64,000 nucleotides of DNA from Podarcis pityusensis (lineage: Eukaryota): the NCBI GenBank assembly GCA_964106645.2, contig OZ067041.1. One strand, written 5' to 3'. The number at the start of each line of letters is the position of its first letter. Position 1 is the stretch's first letter. A model generated the notes under the pieces. That model did not search any database. It was not told the origin of the DNA and was given only the letters and a program-made list of their open reading frames with translations. Positions 36,001-48,951 of this stretch are shown here, piece by piece. Made by a program: the position numbers and the translations under genes.

Positions 36001-39000
36001 AAAAACAACAACATTCAAATTTCTGTTGTAGATCACATTTTATGTGATGTATGTATGATGTTTGGGGGGGTGTTGGGTTACACCCCTTCTGTGATGTATG
36101 TATGATGTATGGAGGGGTGGTCTTGAGCTCCAGGGCAGGGAATTTAAAATGTCTATATAAGGCCTTGCATGCCATTGTTCGAGGTCTTCCTCCTTTCCTG
36201 CGTGTGAGGGGAGCATCCTGTTGCAACAGATCAATAAAGATCAGGCTTACTAGCTGCTTTGCTTCTCAATATTCTCTGGTTGGCCTCTGTTATTTACTCA
36301 ATAGGGAACCCACGTAAGGACTCTATACGGGCTCTTGGGTACTCCATAAGGGGAAAAGGGCAGATTTTGTTTACAACACTGCTATGTTTGTTGGGGCTGA
36401 TGGGAGCTGGACTCCGACTGCAGGATCGCTGGTTTCCGATTCCGGCTGAAGAACAATGTTTGCAACTCGCAATAAGAACAATTCAACAAAGCATCCTCCA
36501 AAGAGACAACAATTTTCCGGGAATGGATAGCAACTCCCTCCCCCCCCCCCCCACAAAATCAGGAGCTGTCTCTGGCAAACAGGGTCAGCTGGAGCAAGTG
36601 AAAGATTATTTGGTTCCTTTATGTGCTGCTGCAAAGGTTACCTTTGATCCGGTGCCTCTCCTTCTGAAACAGCTGCATTAATTTATTGCACAGCCACATG
36701 AGGCAGACTAGAATGGCAGACACACCTGTGAGGAAGGCAAAAATGACGGCTACGAAATGCAGGTCTTCATAGATAATCTCTGAAGGAGAAGGGGAGACAG
36801 ACAACACAGTGGAAGTTGACTTAGGACGTTTGGAAAAGAAATCACGAGTCACTGAGGGGTGCCTCCAGATTATCGCTATGCTGTGGGATAGATTCAGGTG
36901 CATACCCTTTATTTAGGTTTGCGCAATTAAAGGGGTTTAAAGTCTTCTGTCGCCCCAGCACAACAAATGCACTATGAAAAGAAAAAAACCCATAACACCT
37001 TTTGCAGCTAAGAAAGTGACAGTGAAGTGCACTGGGAAGTGTGGGGTGAACACATGATTAATGGGAGGATGTCTAATCAAGCAAATCAGGGGGGATGTTC
37101 CTTGTTGAATAACCTCCCCACAAACAAATGCTCAGTAAATATCAGATGCCATTTAACCACAGCATAAGCTTTGTGCAACATCACCTTGCCGACAAAGGTC
37201 CGTTTAGTTAAAGCTATGGTTTCCCCAGTAGTGATGTATGGAAGTGAGAGCTGGACCATAAAGAAGGCTGATCACCGAAGAATTGATACTTTTGAATTAT
37301 GGTGCTGGAGGAGACTCTTGAGAGTCCCATGGACTGCAAGAAGATCAGACCTATCCATTCTGAAGGAAATCAGCCCTGAGTGCTCACTGGAAGGACAAAT
37401 CCTGAAGCTGAGGCTCCAATACTTTGGCCACCTCATGAGAAGAGAAGACTCCGTGGAAAAGACCCTGATATTGGGAAAGATGGAGGGCACAAGGAGAAGG
37501 GGACGACAGAGGACGAGATGGCTGGACAGTGTTCTCGAAGCAACCAGCATGAGTTTGACCAAACTGCGGGAGGCAGTGGAAGACAGGAGTGCCTGGCATG
37601 CTCTGGTCCATGGGGTCACGAAGAGTCAGACACGACTAAATGACAACAACAAGCTTTGTGCAATCAAATCAGGATGAATGCTGAATAAACAGGTTGTCTG
37701 GCAGGATCCCAGCTCGGCCTTGTTTTCTGCCAAGCCCTCATTGCTTTTTGACCTCTCTGTTTCCGAATTTCCCCACTGCCACTGTCATCAATCACCCTTG
37801 TGACTTATCTGGAGTTTGCTATACCTATGCAATAGAGCAGGGATGTCCAACAGGTAGACTGTGATCACTGGATGTCTGTGGCAGATCACTGGTAGATCAC
37901 TGGCTCACCCCAAAGAAACTCAACAATTTTGGGTCCCCTAAAAAAAAGTTCAACAACTTTGCCCTGCTCTTCTCTTCTAAAAAATGGGGCTTTCCTCCTC
38001 CTTAAAAAAAAGCTTAACAACTTACCCCCAAGTAGATCGCAGTCTCTTGGGAGATGGCTACCCCTGCAGTAGAGCAATGATATAGAAATGCGCTGTATCT
38101 GTTTTGGGTTTTTGGTGGAGGTGGGCAGTCAAAGCAATTGCATTTTGAAATGTTTCCCTATGCAAATAGAAAGCGTTCGCCATCCCATGCTCATTGTTTA
38201 CTTTCAGGGAGGAGTTGGGGATTGATATGTGGGAAGCATTCAGAAACGGGGCCACAAACCTGGCACAGGTTACTCTCCCCCAGGACTTTATCTTCTGTTG
38301 CCATGGTCTGACAAGTCTCCCTCAGCAACGAGAAAGGCAAAGGCAGACAGCACAAAAACACAGAGAGGAGAAGCCACTGACCACCATCCTCTATCTGTTG
38401 AAAACCTGATCTTTATCAGGTTTTTAATTATCTATTTCCCATTACATGTTTGTCCTGCTGTAATGCCTTAGGGCTCCAAGATCAGGATAACAAGAGGTAG
38501 AATGGCAATCCCCTTGAATCAAAGAATATACATCTATTCATCCAATAAACCTTTAAAACAACAACAACACACGTTTAGCAAATGATCCATGAGGGCACTT
38601 GACCCTGAACCACTGCTGGTAATTTGGTGGCAATGAATTTGCTAGATAAATAAATATCCGTTCATTTATTAGTCAGATGGCAGCTTCTTGGCACATTCTC
38701 GGACATTTACCTGAACAGGTGAATGATCTATCTATGGGCATTGTGTTCCTGAGCTCCCCTACATTGAGCAGGGAAGGTCTGCAAGAGGCTTCTAATTCAT
38801 ATTCACCTGGATGTGTGAAAAAACACCTTGTGGCGACCAGGGACCTACCTGCTTTTGGGTGGCAAGGCAGGAGGTAAAATAAAGAAAGAAGGGAAACCTT
38901 TGCCACAGTCTTAAAAGTTTGCCTGCCCCCTGAAAACTCTCCAACAATCACCTTTCCCATTTCTGTGTGAGCCAAGCATTCCTATGAAATTGTGGGATGG

Positions 39001-42000
39001 GGATATTCAGCCCAGCTTTAGCTCCCAACTCCTGCCGAAGAGCGGGTTGCGAGCAGTCGGCCCTAGAGAAAATATTAAATCCTCTGATTTCATACCATAA
39101 ACATTCAACAGGATGGTGCCATAGATGGTGATCCCAAACTCTTCCCTCACCGTGACTAAGTAATAACCAGTATCTCTGATATCGACGTTCAGCAGCTGAA
39201 GAGAACCGTTGTCATAAATCTTCACTCTGTCTATGTAGCCGCTGGATATGTTGGCATAGCTTCGCGGTTTCCACTCGGCAATTTTGGACGTGCCCCTGGG
39301 AGACGTGTGGGTCCACTTGATGATGGGGGAGCCCCCGAAGGTGTGCGCGACGGACAGCAAAACGTTCTGCGCCACCGTGGTGTTCACGTTGGGTTGTGAG
39401 ACCAGCAACGATGCTTCTCCTCCTTGGGCTGGGAAAAGAAAGCAAAGGGGGAAGTCGTCCTTTTTTTAGGTGCTGGATTGGCCTTGTCTGTGTTGAGCTA
39501 GTGTGGCATATAAACCATGATTTCCTGGAGCTAGCTGACCTGACTGGAAGAATCCGTGACCAGAAAGAAGAGGAATATCAAGAAGACTGGAAGAAATTTA
39601 AGGACTATTTGAATAAATATTGTAATATAAAAAATTAGAAATCACTTGAAAGTACCAAACAGGCCTAGGATTAAATTAGGATTTAATTAAATAATTGAGA
39701 TTCAGAATAGTAAGAAAAGTGAACAAATTAGGAGCTGGAAATACTTTTGTGGAAGAATGATACTGGAAAGCTGTTACATGCAGATACAATGAAATTTCAG
39801 AAGGGACGGATTTGAGGAAGTCAATTACAGTGGTGCCTCGCAAGACGAAATTAATTCGTTCCGCGAGTTTTTTCGTCTAGCGAATTTTTCGTCTTGCGAA
39901 TCACGAATTCCCATAGGAATGCATTGAAAATCAATTAATGCGTTCCTATGGTCAAAAAAAGTCCAAACAAAGCCAAATTTGGTACAACAACCTCCCCAAC
40001 TGTTGCAAACCCCTCCCCAACTGGTCACCCAGTCACCCAGCACACAGAAATTCAAATCCAGAATTTTTTTTAAAAAACAGCAGAGTGGCCCAGTGGTCAC
40101 AGAAAATCACAAAAATGCAGAAAAAAAACACACAAGCTTCCAGATTCCTGCAAACCCCTCCCCAACTGTTCCCCCAGCCACCCAGCACACAGAAATTCAA
40201 ATCCAGATTTTTTTTAAAAAACAGCAGAGTGGCCCAATGGTCACAGAAAATCATAAAAATGCAGAAAAAAACCACACAAGCTTCCAGATTCTTGCAAACC
40301 CCTCCCCAACTGTTCCCCCAGCCACCCAGCACACAGAAATTCAAATCCAGAATTTTTTTTAAAAAACAGCAGAGTGGCCCAATGGTCACAGAAAATCATA
40401 AAAAATGCAGAAAAAAGACACACAAGCTTCCAGATTCTTGCAAACCCCTCCCCAACACCAAGTCCTTGAATTCCAAACACCCCAACCCAAAATCCAAAAA
40501 CCCCCAAAAAAGTTTTAAAAGCTTAACTTGGCTGCAAAAGAAGTTTTGGAAAAGCTTCAAAAATCACCAAAGTCTTTAAAAACCTCAAAAAAGGCTACTA
40601 TGTACACTGCGTTCTATGAGTTGCTCCTTGAAGTCAAGTCGCAACTGTATTAACGGTGTTAAGAAAAAGGAAACAAACTTGCAAGACATTTTCGTCTTGC
40701 GAAGCAAGCCCATAGGGAAATTCGCCTTGCGAAGCAGCTCAAAAACGGAAAACCCTTTCGTCTAGCGAGTTTTCCGTCTTGCGAGGCATTCGTCTTGCGG
40801 GGCACCACTGTAACAATGTAAATAAAATTTGGGTCTTAAGGGATATGGGATAAAATTATGTTTTTGTTTTTTTTATTGTTGTGGTTTAGGTTGGTTCCCC
40901 CCCCCTTTTTGTTTTATTGATGTTTGTATGTTTTTCTGCTGTTGTTTCTCTTTTTTAATAGGTTGTTTTTGTTATAATTGTGAAAACCCAATAAAATTTT
41001 ATTAAAAAAACCAAACTTGGGTCTCCAGCTGATTTTGGACTACAGTTCCCATCATCCCTGATCACTGGTCCTACTAGATAGGGATAATTGGGAAACCCTG
41101 GCTTACAGCGTTCATCTAGGACCAGGGAGACCAGGATTCGAATCCCCACTCGACCACAAATCTCTCTGGGTGATATTGGGCTGGGCATTACCTCTCAGCC
41201 TAAGTTCACGGGGTTGTTGTGGGGATTGAATGAGGAAGGGGAGACACACGTGTGCTGCCTGGAGCGAAAGGAGGGATATAAATGCAATAAATAAAAATAA
41301 ATTTGGTTGTGAGGAGGCCTGCTATTCAGTGTCACTCGGGATGGACAAATCCGTTACATTTGGTTAACAGACCACTGTATTTTAATACTTTGTTGGAAGC
41401 CGCCCACAGTGGCTGGGGAAACCCAGCCAGATAGGCGGGGTATAAATAAATTATTCTTATTCTTATTCTTATCATCATCATCATCATCATTATATTTTTG
41501 TATATTACGGTATTTTCTCCAATACAGTGATACCTCGGGTTAAGTTCTTAACCTAAAGCTGTTCTTAACCTGAAGCACCACTTTAGCTAATGGGGCCTCC
41601 TGCTGCCGCCACCGCAACACGATTTCTGTTCTCATCCTGAAGCAAAGTTCTTAACCCAAGGTACTATTTCTGGGTTAGTGGAGTCTGTAACCTGAAGCGT
41701 ATGTGTCAGGGGTTCAGGAGCAGAGGCACAGGAAAGGGAGGAAATAGAGAGCGAGGGGGAGGAGTCCGAAGGAAATGTTAGCGATGACAGCGGTCCGAGG
41801 TCTCTGAGTCTTTCCAGCGAATCGGAAGATTCACAGAAAGGGGCTCCCATGGTCAGAGCAAGGGGGGTGCCGAGGGGGACACCCCAGGAAGAAGGGGCCA
41901 GAGGGGACTCAGAGAGCAGCAGTTGGAAATCAGGACCAGCGTCCACACCAGAGTGCAGTAGGGGGGAGGAGTCCCAGGCATCGGGATCAGGCGGCGCACT

Positions 42001-43908
42001 GCCAGTGGGAGGACATGAGTCAGGATTGGCCACGCCTCCATCGGGGAGCGAGGAAACGGTCGAGAGGAAGGTTGAAGGCTGGGCGCGCGCGCCAAGTTCA
42101 AATGTACAGGAGGGCGGCGCAGTTGGCAGCCCGGATAGGGAGCCAGGTCCCAAAGCCCGCCGAAAAGAGGGGGAGGAGTCAGGGGGGTCAACGTCAGCGT
42201 CAGAAGAATCCAGGAAGGAAGGGACCCCGGGGGGTAGCAGGACCCAGAGGAGAAAGGAGAGACGTAAGAGGTGGAGTAAGGCTAGAATCTTAAACTGGTG
42301 TACAGGGGGCGGAGACTCAGATGGAGCTTCGCCGATCTAACCCCTAGACGTAGAGCTGGGGCGCTGCGGCTTGAAAATGGAAACTGTACTTCAATAAAGA
42401 CTTTTGTACATTACTGCCGGCTAGCGTTGGTCCTCTGTGAGCTGGGACCTGGAGCCAGCTCTGACAGTATGTAACCCGAGGTACCACTGTACATACATTT
42501 TTGTACACATTGCTTGGCTGGAAAATTGCATTGCAAAGGTCAGATATGTTTGTAGCCCTGTTTCAGTTTGCGTATTGTGTCAGAAAGTTAGAACTTGAGA
42601 AGGGCATGCGGGATCAAGCCAATGGCCTATCTAGTCCAGCCTCCTGTTCTCACAGCGACCAATCAGATACCACAGAGGGAAATCTGCAAGCAGGGCATGA
42701 GCACAAAAACACTCTGCCCACTTGGGATTCCCAGCAACCAACATTCAGTAACATGACTGCCAGTCAGAGCAGGCAGCGGGCTTGATCAGTCTTCCCCAAC
42801 CAGATGCCTTCTGGATCATTTTGGACTACAAATCCCATCCCATCCCTGATTATCAACCATGCTGGCTGGGGCTGTCAGGAGGGCATCAGATCAGAGAAGG
42901 CTGAGACAGATGAACACAGATGGCCCCAGTATAAGGCAGCTCCCTATGTTTCTAAGTGATGACTACACCTGTGTGCTTCAGCCTCAAACAGGGCATTTTG
43001 CTGCCCGAGATGGGGATTGACATACAGATGCTGACCAGACTGGCAGTGGGATTTTACATCAAAACTGGCAATGGGACAGCACCCTCCACCAACTTAGAAA
43101 CCTATAATGGTCCTATGTGGTCCCTATGTGGTCCCTTCCAACTTTGTGAAGTTGGAAGGGACCACATGGGTCATCTAGTCCAACCCCCTGCAATGCAGGA
43201 TTTGCAGGATTTTTTTTTCTTTGCCCAAGGTGGGACTTGAACCCACAACTCTGTGATTAAGAGCCTCATGCTCTACCAACTAAGCCCCGCTCTGCATATG
43301 TTATCACATGATGCCCACCATTTGAATGGGGGGGGGCAGCTTGCTCAAATATTTTACAGGGGGTGGGGAGGGACCTCAGACCCTAGAAGTGATCTCCTAT
43401 GTCCAACCACACCTGAGGACAGCAAGCTAGCTGGTCCATAGGACAGGCCATGCGGCACAAATTGATCTGTTCTCCAGCGCATCGCCATAGCTGCCTGCCC
43501 TCAGCATCTGCCACCTGAAGCACTTGCCTCACTCTGTCCAATAGTAGGGGCAACCAGAGCCTCAAATGACTGGTTGGGTACTGTGGTTGGGTACACATAC
43601 AACCATGTATAACTACATACTGTACAGTGGTACCTTGGGTTACAGACGCTTCAGGTTACAGACCCAGCTAACCCAGAAATAGTACCTCGGGTTAAGAACT
43701 TTGCTTCAGGATGAAAACAGAAATTGTGCAGCGGTGGCGGGAGGCCCCATTAGCTAAAGTGGTACCTCAGGTTAAGAACAGTTTCAGGTTAAGAACGGGC
43801 CTCCAGAACGAATTAAGTTCTTAACCCGAGGTACCACTGTACACGGTTTGGAAAATATGTAATATATGGACTCCCGATGCCCAAAGGAATAACTCTAGTG
43901 TGCAGAGA

Positions 43909-43966
<58 letters not shown>

Positions 43967-45006
43967 ACACACCAGGCCTTGTTCCTTTTCAGGCCAAGCC
44001 CAAATACCTCAAGTGAAAAAAACCCCAGAGAATAGCTCAGTCAATAGAGCGTGAGACTCTTAATCTCAGGGTTATGGATTCAAGCCTCACACTGGGCAAA
44101 AGATTTCTGGGGGTTGGGCTAGATGATCCTTGTGGTCCCTTCCAACTCTGCAATTCTGTGATTCTATTATTCTAAACCTAAACGACCTGCCATGCCTGCT
44201 TTGGCCCACAGCCCAGCAAACACCTACACTTCGCCACAAAGGAAGAAGGGAGCCGAAGGCAAAGAAGATGGAGGAAGACAATTTATTAGGCTAAAGTTCC
44301 CCCCTCTAGCAGTGCTGGGCTTTAGGAGCTGCATGCTTAGTTGGGGATTATTAGCAAAAGGCACTAATCTGTTTAATTTATACGCGGCCCTTCTTTCCCA
44401 CAAACAACAGAAGCAACTTTGAAAGGTCTTAAAAAAACAATTCCATACAGATGCATCTCGAACCACACAAACACACACCACACAGGGAGGCAGCAGGGAT
44501 GGAAGTGATGAGACTGCTTAGGAAAGGAACACACAAGGAACATGCTGGAAACCAGGAGGAGAGCAGAGGGCTCTTATACTCAGATCCTGCTCACGGGTTT
44601 CCCACAAGCGTCTGTCTGGCCACTGTGGGACCAGGATGTTCATGGGCTCTTCTGGATCAGAGCAATGACCCTATCTAGCCCAGTACGCCATTCTCACAGC
44701 GGCCAAGAAGATGATGCCTGTGGCAAACCTGCACGCAAGACCAACGTTTTCCTTTTTTTGAGGGAAATTCCCTTATGCCGAATAGGATTCCTCGCAAGAA
44801 AAGGGAAAAGTTGACACCTATGCGCAGGACCCAAGCTCAACAATGCACCTGGCACCACAACCTGGTCTGGCGGTGGAAAGAAGTGTGGGGACTGCGATGA
44901 GCCCAAAGCACTTACTCGGCAGAGCCCAGCCAGCCGTCAGGCAGAGGATGGCGACTGCTAGCCGTACGTCTTGTCTGCCGCTCTGCAGACAGCCGAGAGG
45001 CCTCAT
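33042..45006 (-). CDS. VSTM5: V-set and transmembrane domain containing 5, 201 aa
   Basis: Exons 45006-44916 (signal peptide), 39428-39096 (Ig V-set: NVNTTVAQNVLLSV...DNGSLQLLNVDIRDTGYY), 36779-36642 (EIIYEDLHFVAV, TM helix) and 33085-33042 (ASATEETELQMMGC*); 606 nt in frame. Syntenic with MED17. Confidence 0.95.
34460..34701. mobile_element. Tigger-like MITE, family A
   Basis: TIRs and TA flanks. Confidence 0.88.
34724..34941. mobile_element. Tc1/mariner-type MITE (CAGTCAAACCT-like TIR)
   Basis: CAACCAAACCTCGG...CCAAGGTTTGACTG with TA on both sides. Confidence 0.7.
34944..35212. mobile_element. Tigger-like MITE, family B
   Basis: TIR CAGTGGTGCCTCGCAAGACGAA, TA flanks, repeated subterminal GCAAGACGAA motifs. 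Confidence 0.88.
36027..36378 (+). mobile_element. Probable ERV-like solo LTR
   Basis: TGTAG...ACAACA ends, internal TATATAA (~36153) and AATAAA (~36233), imperfect 4-bp TSD CTGT/CTGC. Confidence 0.6.
37179..37650 (+). mobile_element. Bov-B LINE, 5'-truncated, with TSD
   Basis: ORF 37171-37677 is the RT C-terminus; 13-bp TSD AAGCTTTGTGCAA. Confidence 0.94.
37838..38066. mobile_element. hAT-type MITE
   Basis: CAGGG...CCCTG ends; 8-bp TSD CAATAGAG/CAGTAGAG (1 mismatch). Confidence 0.75.
39505..41010 (+). mobile_element. L1-type LINE 3' fragment interrupted by a MITE
   Basis: FLELADLTGRIRDQKEEEYQEDWKKFKDYLNKYC resembles a squamate L1 ORF2 terminus; the T-rich 3' UTR resumes after 40812 and ends AATAAA...A-rich. 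Confidence 0.6.
39828..40810. mobile_element. Tigger-like MITE, family B, with internal ~145-bp tandem repeat
   Basis: TIR CAGTGGTGCC(T/C)CGCAAGACGAA, TA flanks; repeat units start at 40006, 40151, 40295 and 40441. Confidence 0.88.
41525..42489. mobile_element. Tigger-like MITE, family A, split by a solo LTR
   Basis: The left part 41525-41703 and right end 42467-42489 reconstitute the family A sequence. Confidence 0.85.
41704..42466 (+). mobile_element. Solo LTR (763 bp, probably Gypsy/Ty3-type)
   Basis: TGTCAG...CTGACA inverted ends, perfect 5-bp TSD GTATG (41699-41703 and 42467-42471), AATAAA at ~42393. Confidence 0.85.
43130..43289 (-). mobile_element. tRNA(Lys)-like SINE with CR1-type tail
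   Basis: Reverse complement GCTTAGTTGGTAGAGCATGAGGCTCTTAATC...GGTTCAAGTCCCACCTTGGGC then GGTCCCTTCCAAC. Confidence 0.65.
43625..43839. mobile_element. Tigger-like MITE, family A
   Basis: TIRs and TA flanks; opposite orientation to the 12275 copy. Confidence 0.88.
43913..43965. repeat. (GT)n(GA)n compound microsatellite
   Basis: Direct reading. Confidence 0.95.
44031..44167 (+). mobile_element. tRNA(Lys)-like SINE with CR1-type tail
   Basis: TAGCTCAGTCAATAGAGCGTGAGACTCTTAATCTCAGGGT...TTCAAGCC head; tail GGTCCCTTCCAACTCT...ATTCTGTGATTCTA. Confidence 0.72.
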
Positions 45007-45654
45007 CAGAAGAAGGGAAACGTTTGCCGGCCTTCATTTAATCCAGTGTCGGCAGAACCGCATGTCAGAATCCAGATTGGGGTGTGTGTGTGTGTCTTGT
45101 CCGTCCCACACCCTGTTCTTCTCTTCCATCCCCTGTTCCAAACAATCGGATACCGGAGGGGCTGTGTGGTGTCAGTCTCTGCAGGTTCCCTCAGGTTTCA
45201 CTGCGTTCCCTCAGACGCAGAGCCTTCCCTCGGAAAACCCACACCGAACTGCGAGGTGAAGGCTGGCTCTTTGCCTCGGCTCTCACGCCCTTAAAATAAA
45301 TAAATATCTAACCCTCCCTCCGATATTGATTTAGGATGCAATTGGCGGAGAACAGCAGCAGCAAAGCAGTGTAATGTTCCTTTCAGGAAATGAGCCACTC
45401 AGCCGGCTCTGCCGCATGACAAGCGGATGAATAATTCCTCTGGTTTCTGTTTTGCCTGTTACACTGCACTGAGCCGGGCTTACTTCTGAGGGAAACCCTA
45501 AACTGAGCTGGACTTCGTTCTGGTTCTGAGTAAACAGCCATAGGGTCGTATGCAGCTCAGAGTAGACCCATTGGAATGAAAGAGCACAACTAAGTTAGGC
45601 CCATTAATTTCAGTAGGTCTAATTATAGGGAGTAGGAGTGTTTGGTTGTTGATA

Positions 45655-46020
45655 TTTCTTAAAAAGCAGAGACATCACCTTGCCAACAAAGGTCCATATA
45701 GTTAAAGCTATGGTTTTCCCAGTAGTGATGTATGGAAGTGAGAGCTGGACCGTAAAGAAGGCTGATCGCCGAAGAATTGATGCTTTTGAATTATGGTGCT
45801 GGAGGAGACTCTTGAGAGTCCCATGGACTGCAAGAAGATCAAACCTATCTATTCTTAAGGAAATCAGCCCCGAGTGCTCACTGGAAGGACAGATCCTGAA
45901 GCTGAGGCTCCAATACTTTGGCCACCTCATGAGAAGAGAAGACTCCCTGGAAAAGACCCTGATGTTGGGAAAGATGGAGGGCACAACGAGAAGGGGATGA
46001 CAGAAGACGAGATGGTTGGA
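45655..46020 (+). mobile_element. Bov-B LINE fragment, truncated at both ends, joined to a MITE-A right end (46021-46110)
   Basis: ORF 45680-46000 is the Bov-B RT C-terminus; the sequence switches abruptly to CTATTTCTGGGTTAGC. Confidence 0.88.
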
Positions 46021-46110
46021 CTATTTCTGGGTTAGCAGAGTCTGTAACCTGAAGTGTCTGTAACCTGAAGCGTCTGTAACCTGAAGCGTCTGTAACCTGA
46101 GGTACCACTG

Positions 46111-46430
46111 TACTTCTTCATGCAGCGCATAGTTAAACTATGGAGCTCGCTTCCATGGGATGCAGTGATGGTCACCACATTGGATGGATTAAAAAGAGGA
46201 TTGGACAAATTCATGGTGGACAAGGCCATCCATGGCTACCGGCCATGACGGCTATGTTCTACCTCTACTTTCAGAGGCATAAATGCGTCTGAATAGCAGT
46301 TGCTAGAAACTGCAGGAGGGGAGATGGTTCATGCGCTGAGGTCCTGCTTGTGAGCTTCCCACAGGCAACTGGTCAGCCACTGTGAGAACAGGATGCTGGA
46401 CTGGGGTGGGCCATTGGCCTGATCCAGCTG
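46111..46430 (+). mobile_element. CR1 LINE 3' fragment
   Basis: YFFMQRIVKLWSSLPWDAVMVTTLDGLKRGLDKFM is a typical CR1 ORF2 terminus. Confidence 0.75.
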
Positions 46431-47022
46431 CCTCTGCTACCATGCACCTCCTAACACATTGCCCCCAAGGGAATGTGATGCTCAAGTTTCAACAGACAAA
46501 ATGTTGCCCATCTCTGCTGTGAAATCTGAACTTAGATTGCTGATTAAGAGCCATAGTTTTCAAAGGGCCCTTTCCTTTGCATGTCTGCCTTTGGAAACAG
46601 AGATCCATCTTTCAAGATCGCTCTGAGTGCAGTTTTCCTGCAGTCTCTTGTGGTTTTTCAAGTTCCTATAAAGAGTGGGACCTAAAGTCATTAATAATGG
46701 AACAAAAAGGCATTTACAAAAAGGCTTAGCAGGAGCTGCAACACTCCTTATCTGCCATATGTTGCATTAGGGTTTTCAGAAATTTTGCACAAAGGTTACA
46801 ATTCTGTTTCTTTTCGTCTCTCTTCAAATGGTGTGGTGGGTTTTGGCAATTTTAGGATGCTTTAGGTTAGAAGTATCTACCTGCGGGAGATTTGAAATCA
46901 AACCTAACAATGCTATTTAGTATGCGAAAGGGTTACGGATCACAGAGTTCTAAATTGTTAGAGAAGGTTCAGTGGTGTTGCCTCTCCTCTCCTCCTGAGA
47001 GGAAGTAAGGCTCATTTCCTCT

Positions 47023-47026
<4 letters not shown>

Positions 47027-47078
<52 letters not shown>
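47027..47078. repeat. (CT)n microsatellite
   Basis: Direct reading. Confidence 0.95.
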
Positions 47079-47084
<6 letters not shown>

Positions 47085-47873
47085 GCTGCAAGTGACAGAG
47101 GCAGACATGCCTAGGGTTGCTATACATCTGCATCTTTGCAGACATTACTGGGATTTCAAAGGCAAGTCAATTGAAAAATAACATTTTTTGTCATTTTTGT
47201 TAAAAAAAAAGCTCAACAACATTGGTTTTTTTCTTTAAAAAAAGTTGAACAATTTCAGTAGTTGCCTCAACATTCTTTGATGTATTTTTTCCACTAAGAA
47301 CATTTACCTGCATTTTCTTATTACTGATAAGAACAATGCACAACTGTAAGTAAAGTATATTTTAAACTTACTTCATTGTGTAGTCTGTTTCTCGGCAGGA
47401 GGGGTAAAGGGAGCCAGTTGCCTGAAGTAGTTGGAATGCATTAAAAGAAGGTTTAAAAGCATCTTCTTATGTTTCACTAAACCTGCCTAACAGTGGGATT
47501 TAAAGTACGCTACTGGGGCTCTTTATGCGCAATACCTACATTTGTTAAAACAGGCACCAGCCATTTTTCTTTTGTTTGCTAACCCACATATGTGGGTGTG
47601 TAGAGGATTAGATATAACTGATCTATCCTCTTCCCTATACCCAGCATATTATTTACCTTAAGGGAATCCCTTTCCGTGTTAACTTGTTTTCTGAAGAGCC
47701 TCTTGCATTTCAGCAAAAGATTGTTGGGAACATTTTAGGGTATACAGTTAGTTAACTACAGACTTATAACACTGATATACACTGCCTAGCTTCCAGGCTC
47801 ATTTGAAGCTTGAGTTAATGTAGACACTGAAGTAAAGCATGAGGGGATGAGAGAGGCTGGTCAAACCATAGGG

Positions 47874-48010
47874 CAGGCTTCCTCAACCTTGGGCCTTCAG
47901 ATGTTTTGAGACTACAATTCCCATCATCCCTGACCCCTGGTCCTGCTAGCTAGGGATCATGGGAGTTGTAGGCCAAAAAACATCTGGAGGGCCGAAGCTG
48001 AGGAAGCCTG
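47874..48010. mobile_element. Palindromic hAT MITE
   Basis: TIR CAGGCTTCCTCA; 8-bp TSD CCATAGGG/CCACAGGG; contains ACTACAATTCCCA at 47911-47923. Confidence 0.85.
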
Positions 48011-48905
48011 CCACAGGGCTTTAAAAGTAGACCGTGAAAATAATTTCTTATATTTGCTTTCAGAGTCTTCAGATCCAACAGATTTTTCAGATGGACAAGC
48101 CTCCACAACTTGTGAACGGAAATATGTACCTTCTGAAATTAACATTGCAAAATTTTAATTTCAGTGGGTACAGAATGATGGCTGACTGTTGCATGTTGGG
48201 GGCTTATTAGTCACTTTACACAAGTGCCTCAGAGTAGCTTACAAATAACAGTTAAATACACGGCAAAATATATGAAAGACAACATAATTAGAGGTGCAAT
48301 ATGAGGTGATCAAGCCATCAAAGCAGGTCTTGTTTTAGATCATGCGTTTTATTAATACAAAAAGAAAATCAAGTTTTTGAAGGAAGATCCATCAAGTCCA
48401 GTATCTGGAAATTACAAACAGAAGGCACTGAGACAACTGATCTCTCTTATTATTTGTGCTGAGCAACTGCTATTTAGAAACTGGAGTCACTTTCACACCA
48501 TTCATTTAAATATGGCTTCCTGCAAAGAATCCTGGGAGCTGTAGTTTGTTAAGGGTGCTGAGAGTTGTTAAGAGATTCCTGTTCCTTTTCTCAGAGCTAC
48601 AAATCTCAGAGTTCCCTGTGAAGAGGCATTGAATGTTAAGCCACTCTGGGAATTGTAGCTTTGTGGAGCTCCTCCTGCTCTCCCTCCTTGGGAATCTTTA
48701 AAATGTCAACCCTTCAGGCAACACCTTCAAATAGAGGACCATCCTCTGTAAATTAGGACACATGCTCCATTCCTACCGTTGATGGTACTGTTGATAAAGG
48801 ATGCATTTCAGAATTGGAATTCCAACACCCCCCCCCCCATTACACAGAGGGCTACAAATTTGGCAAAAGTAACCAATCAATTAAGACACTCTATACAACT
48901 AAATG

Positions 48906-48907
<2 letters not shown>

Positions 48908-48951
<44 letters not shown>

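Noticed and set aside
39938-40579. 213-aa and overlapping ORFs
   Set aside because: Translation of the 145-bp tandem repeat inside a MITE.
44031-44100. tRNA-Lys gene
   Set aside because: Degenerate stems followed directly by a CR1-like tail; it is a SINE head.
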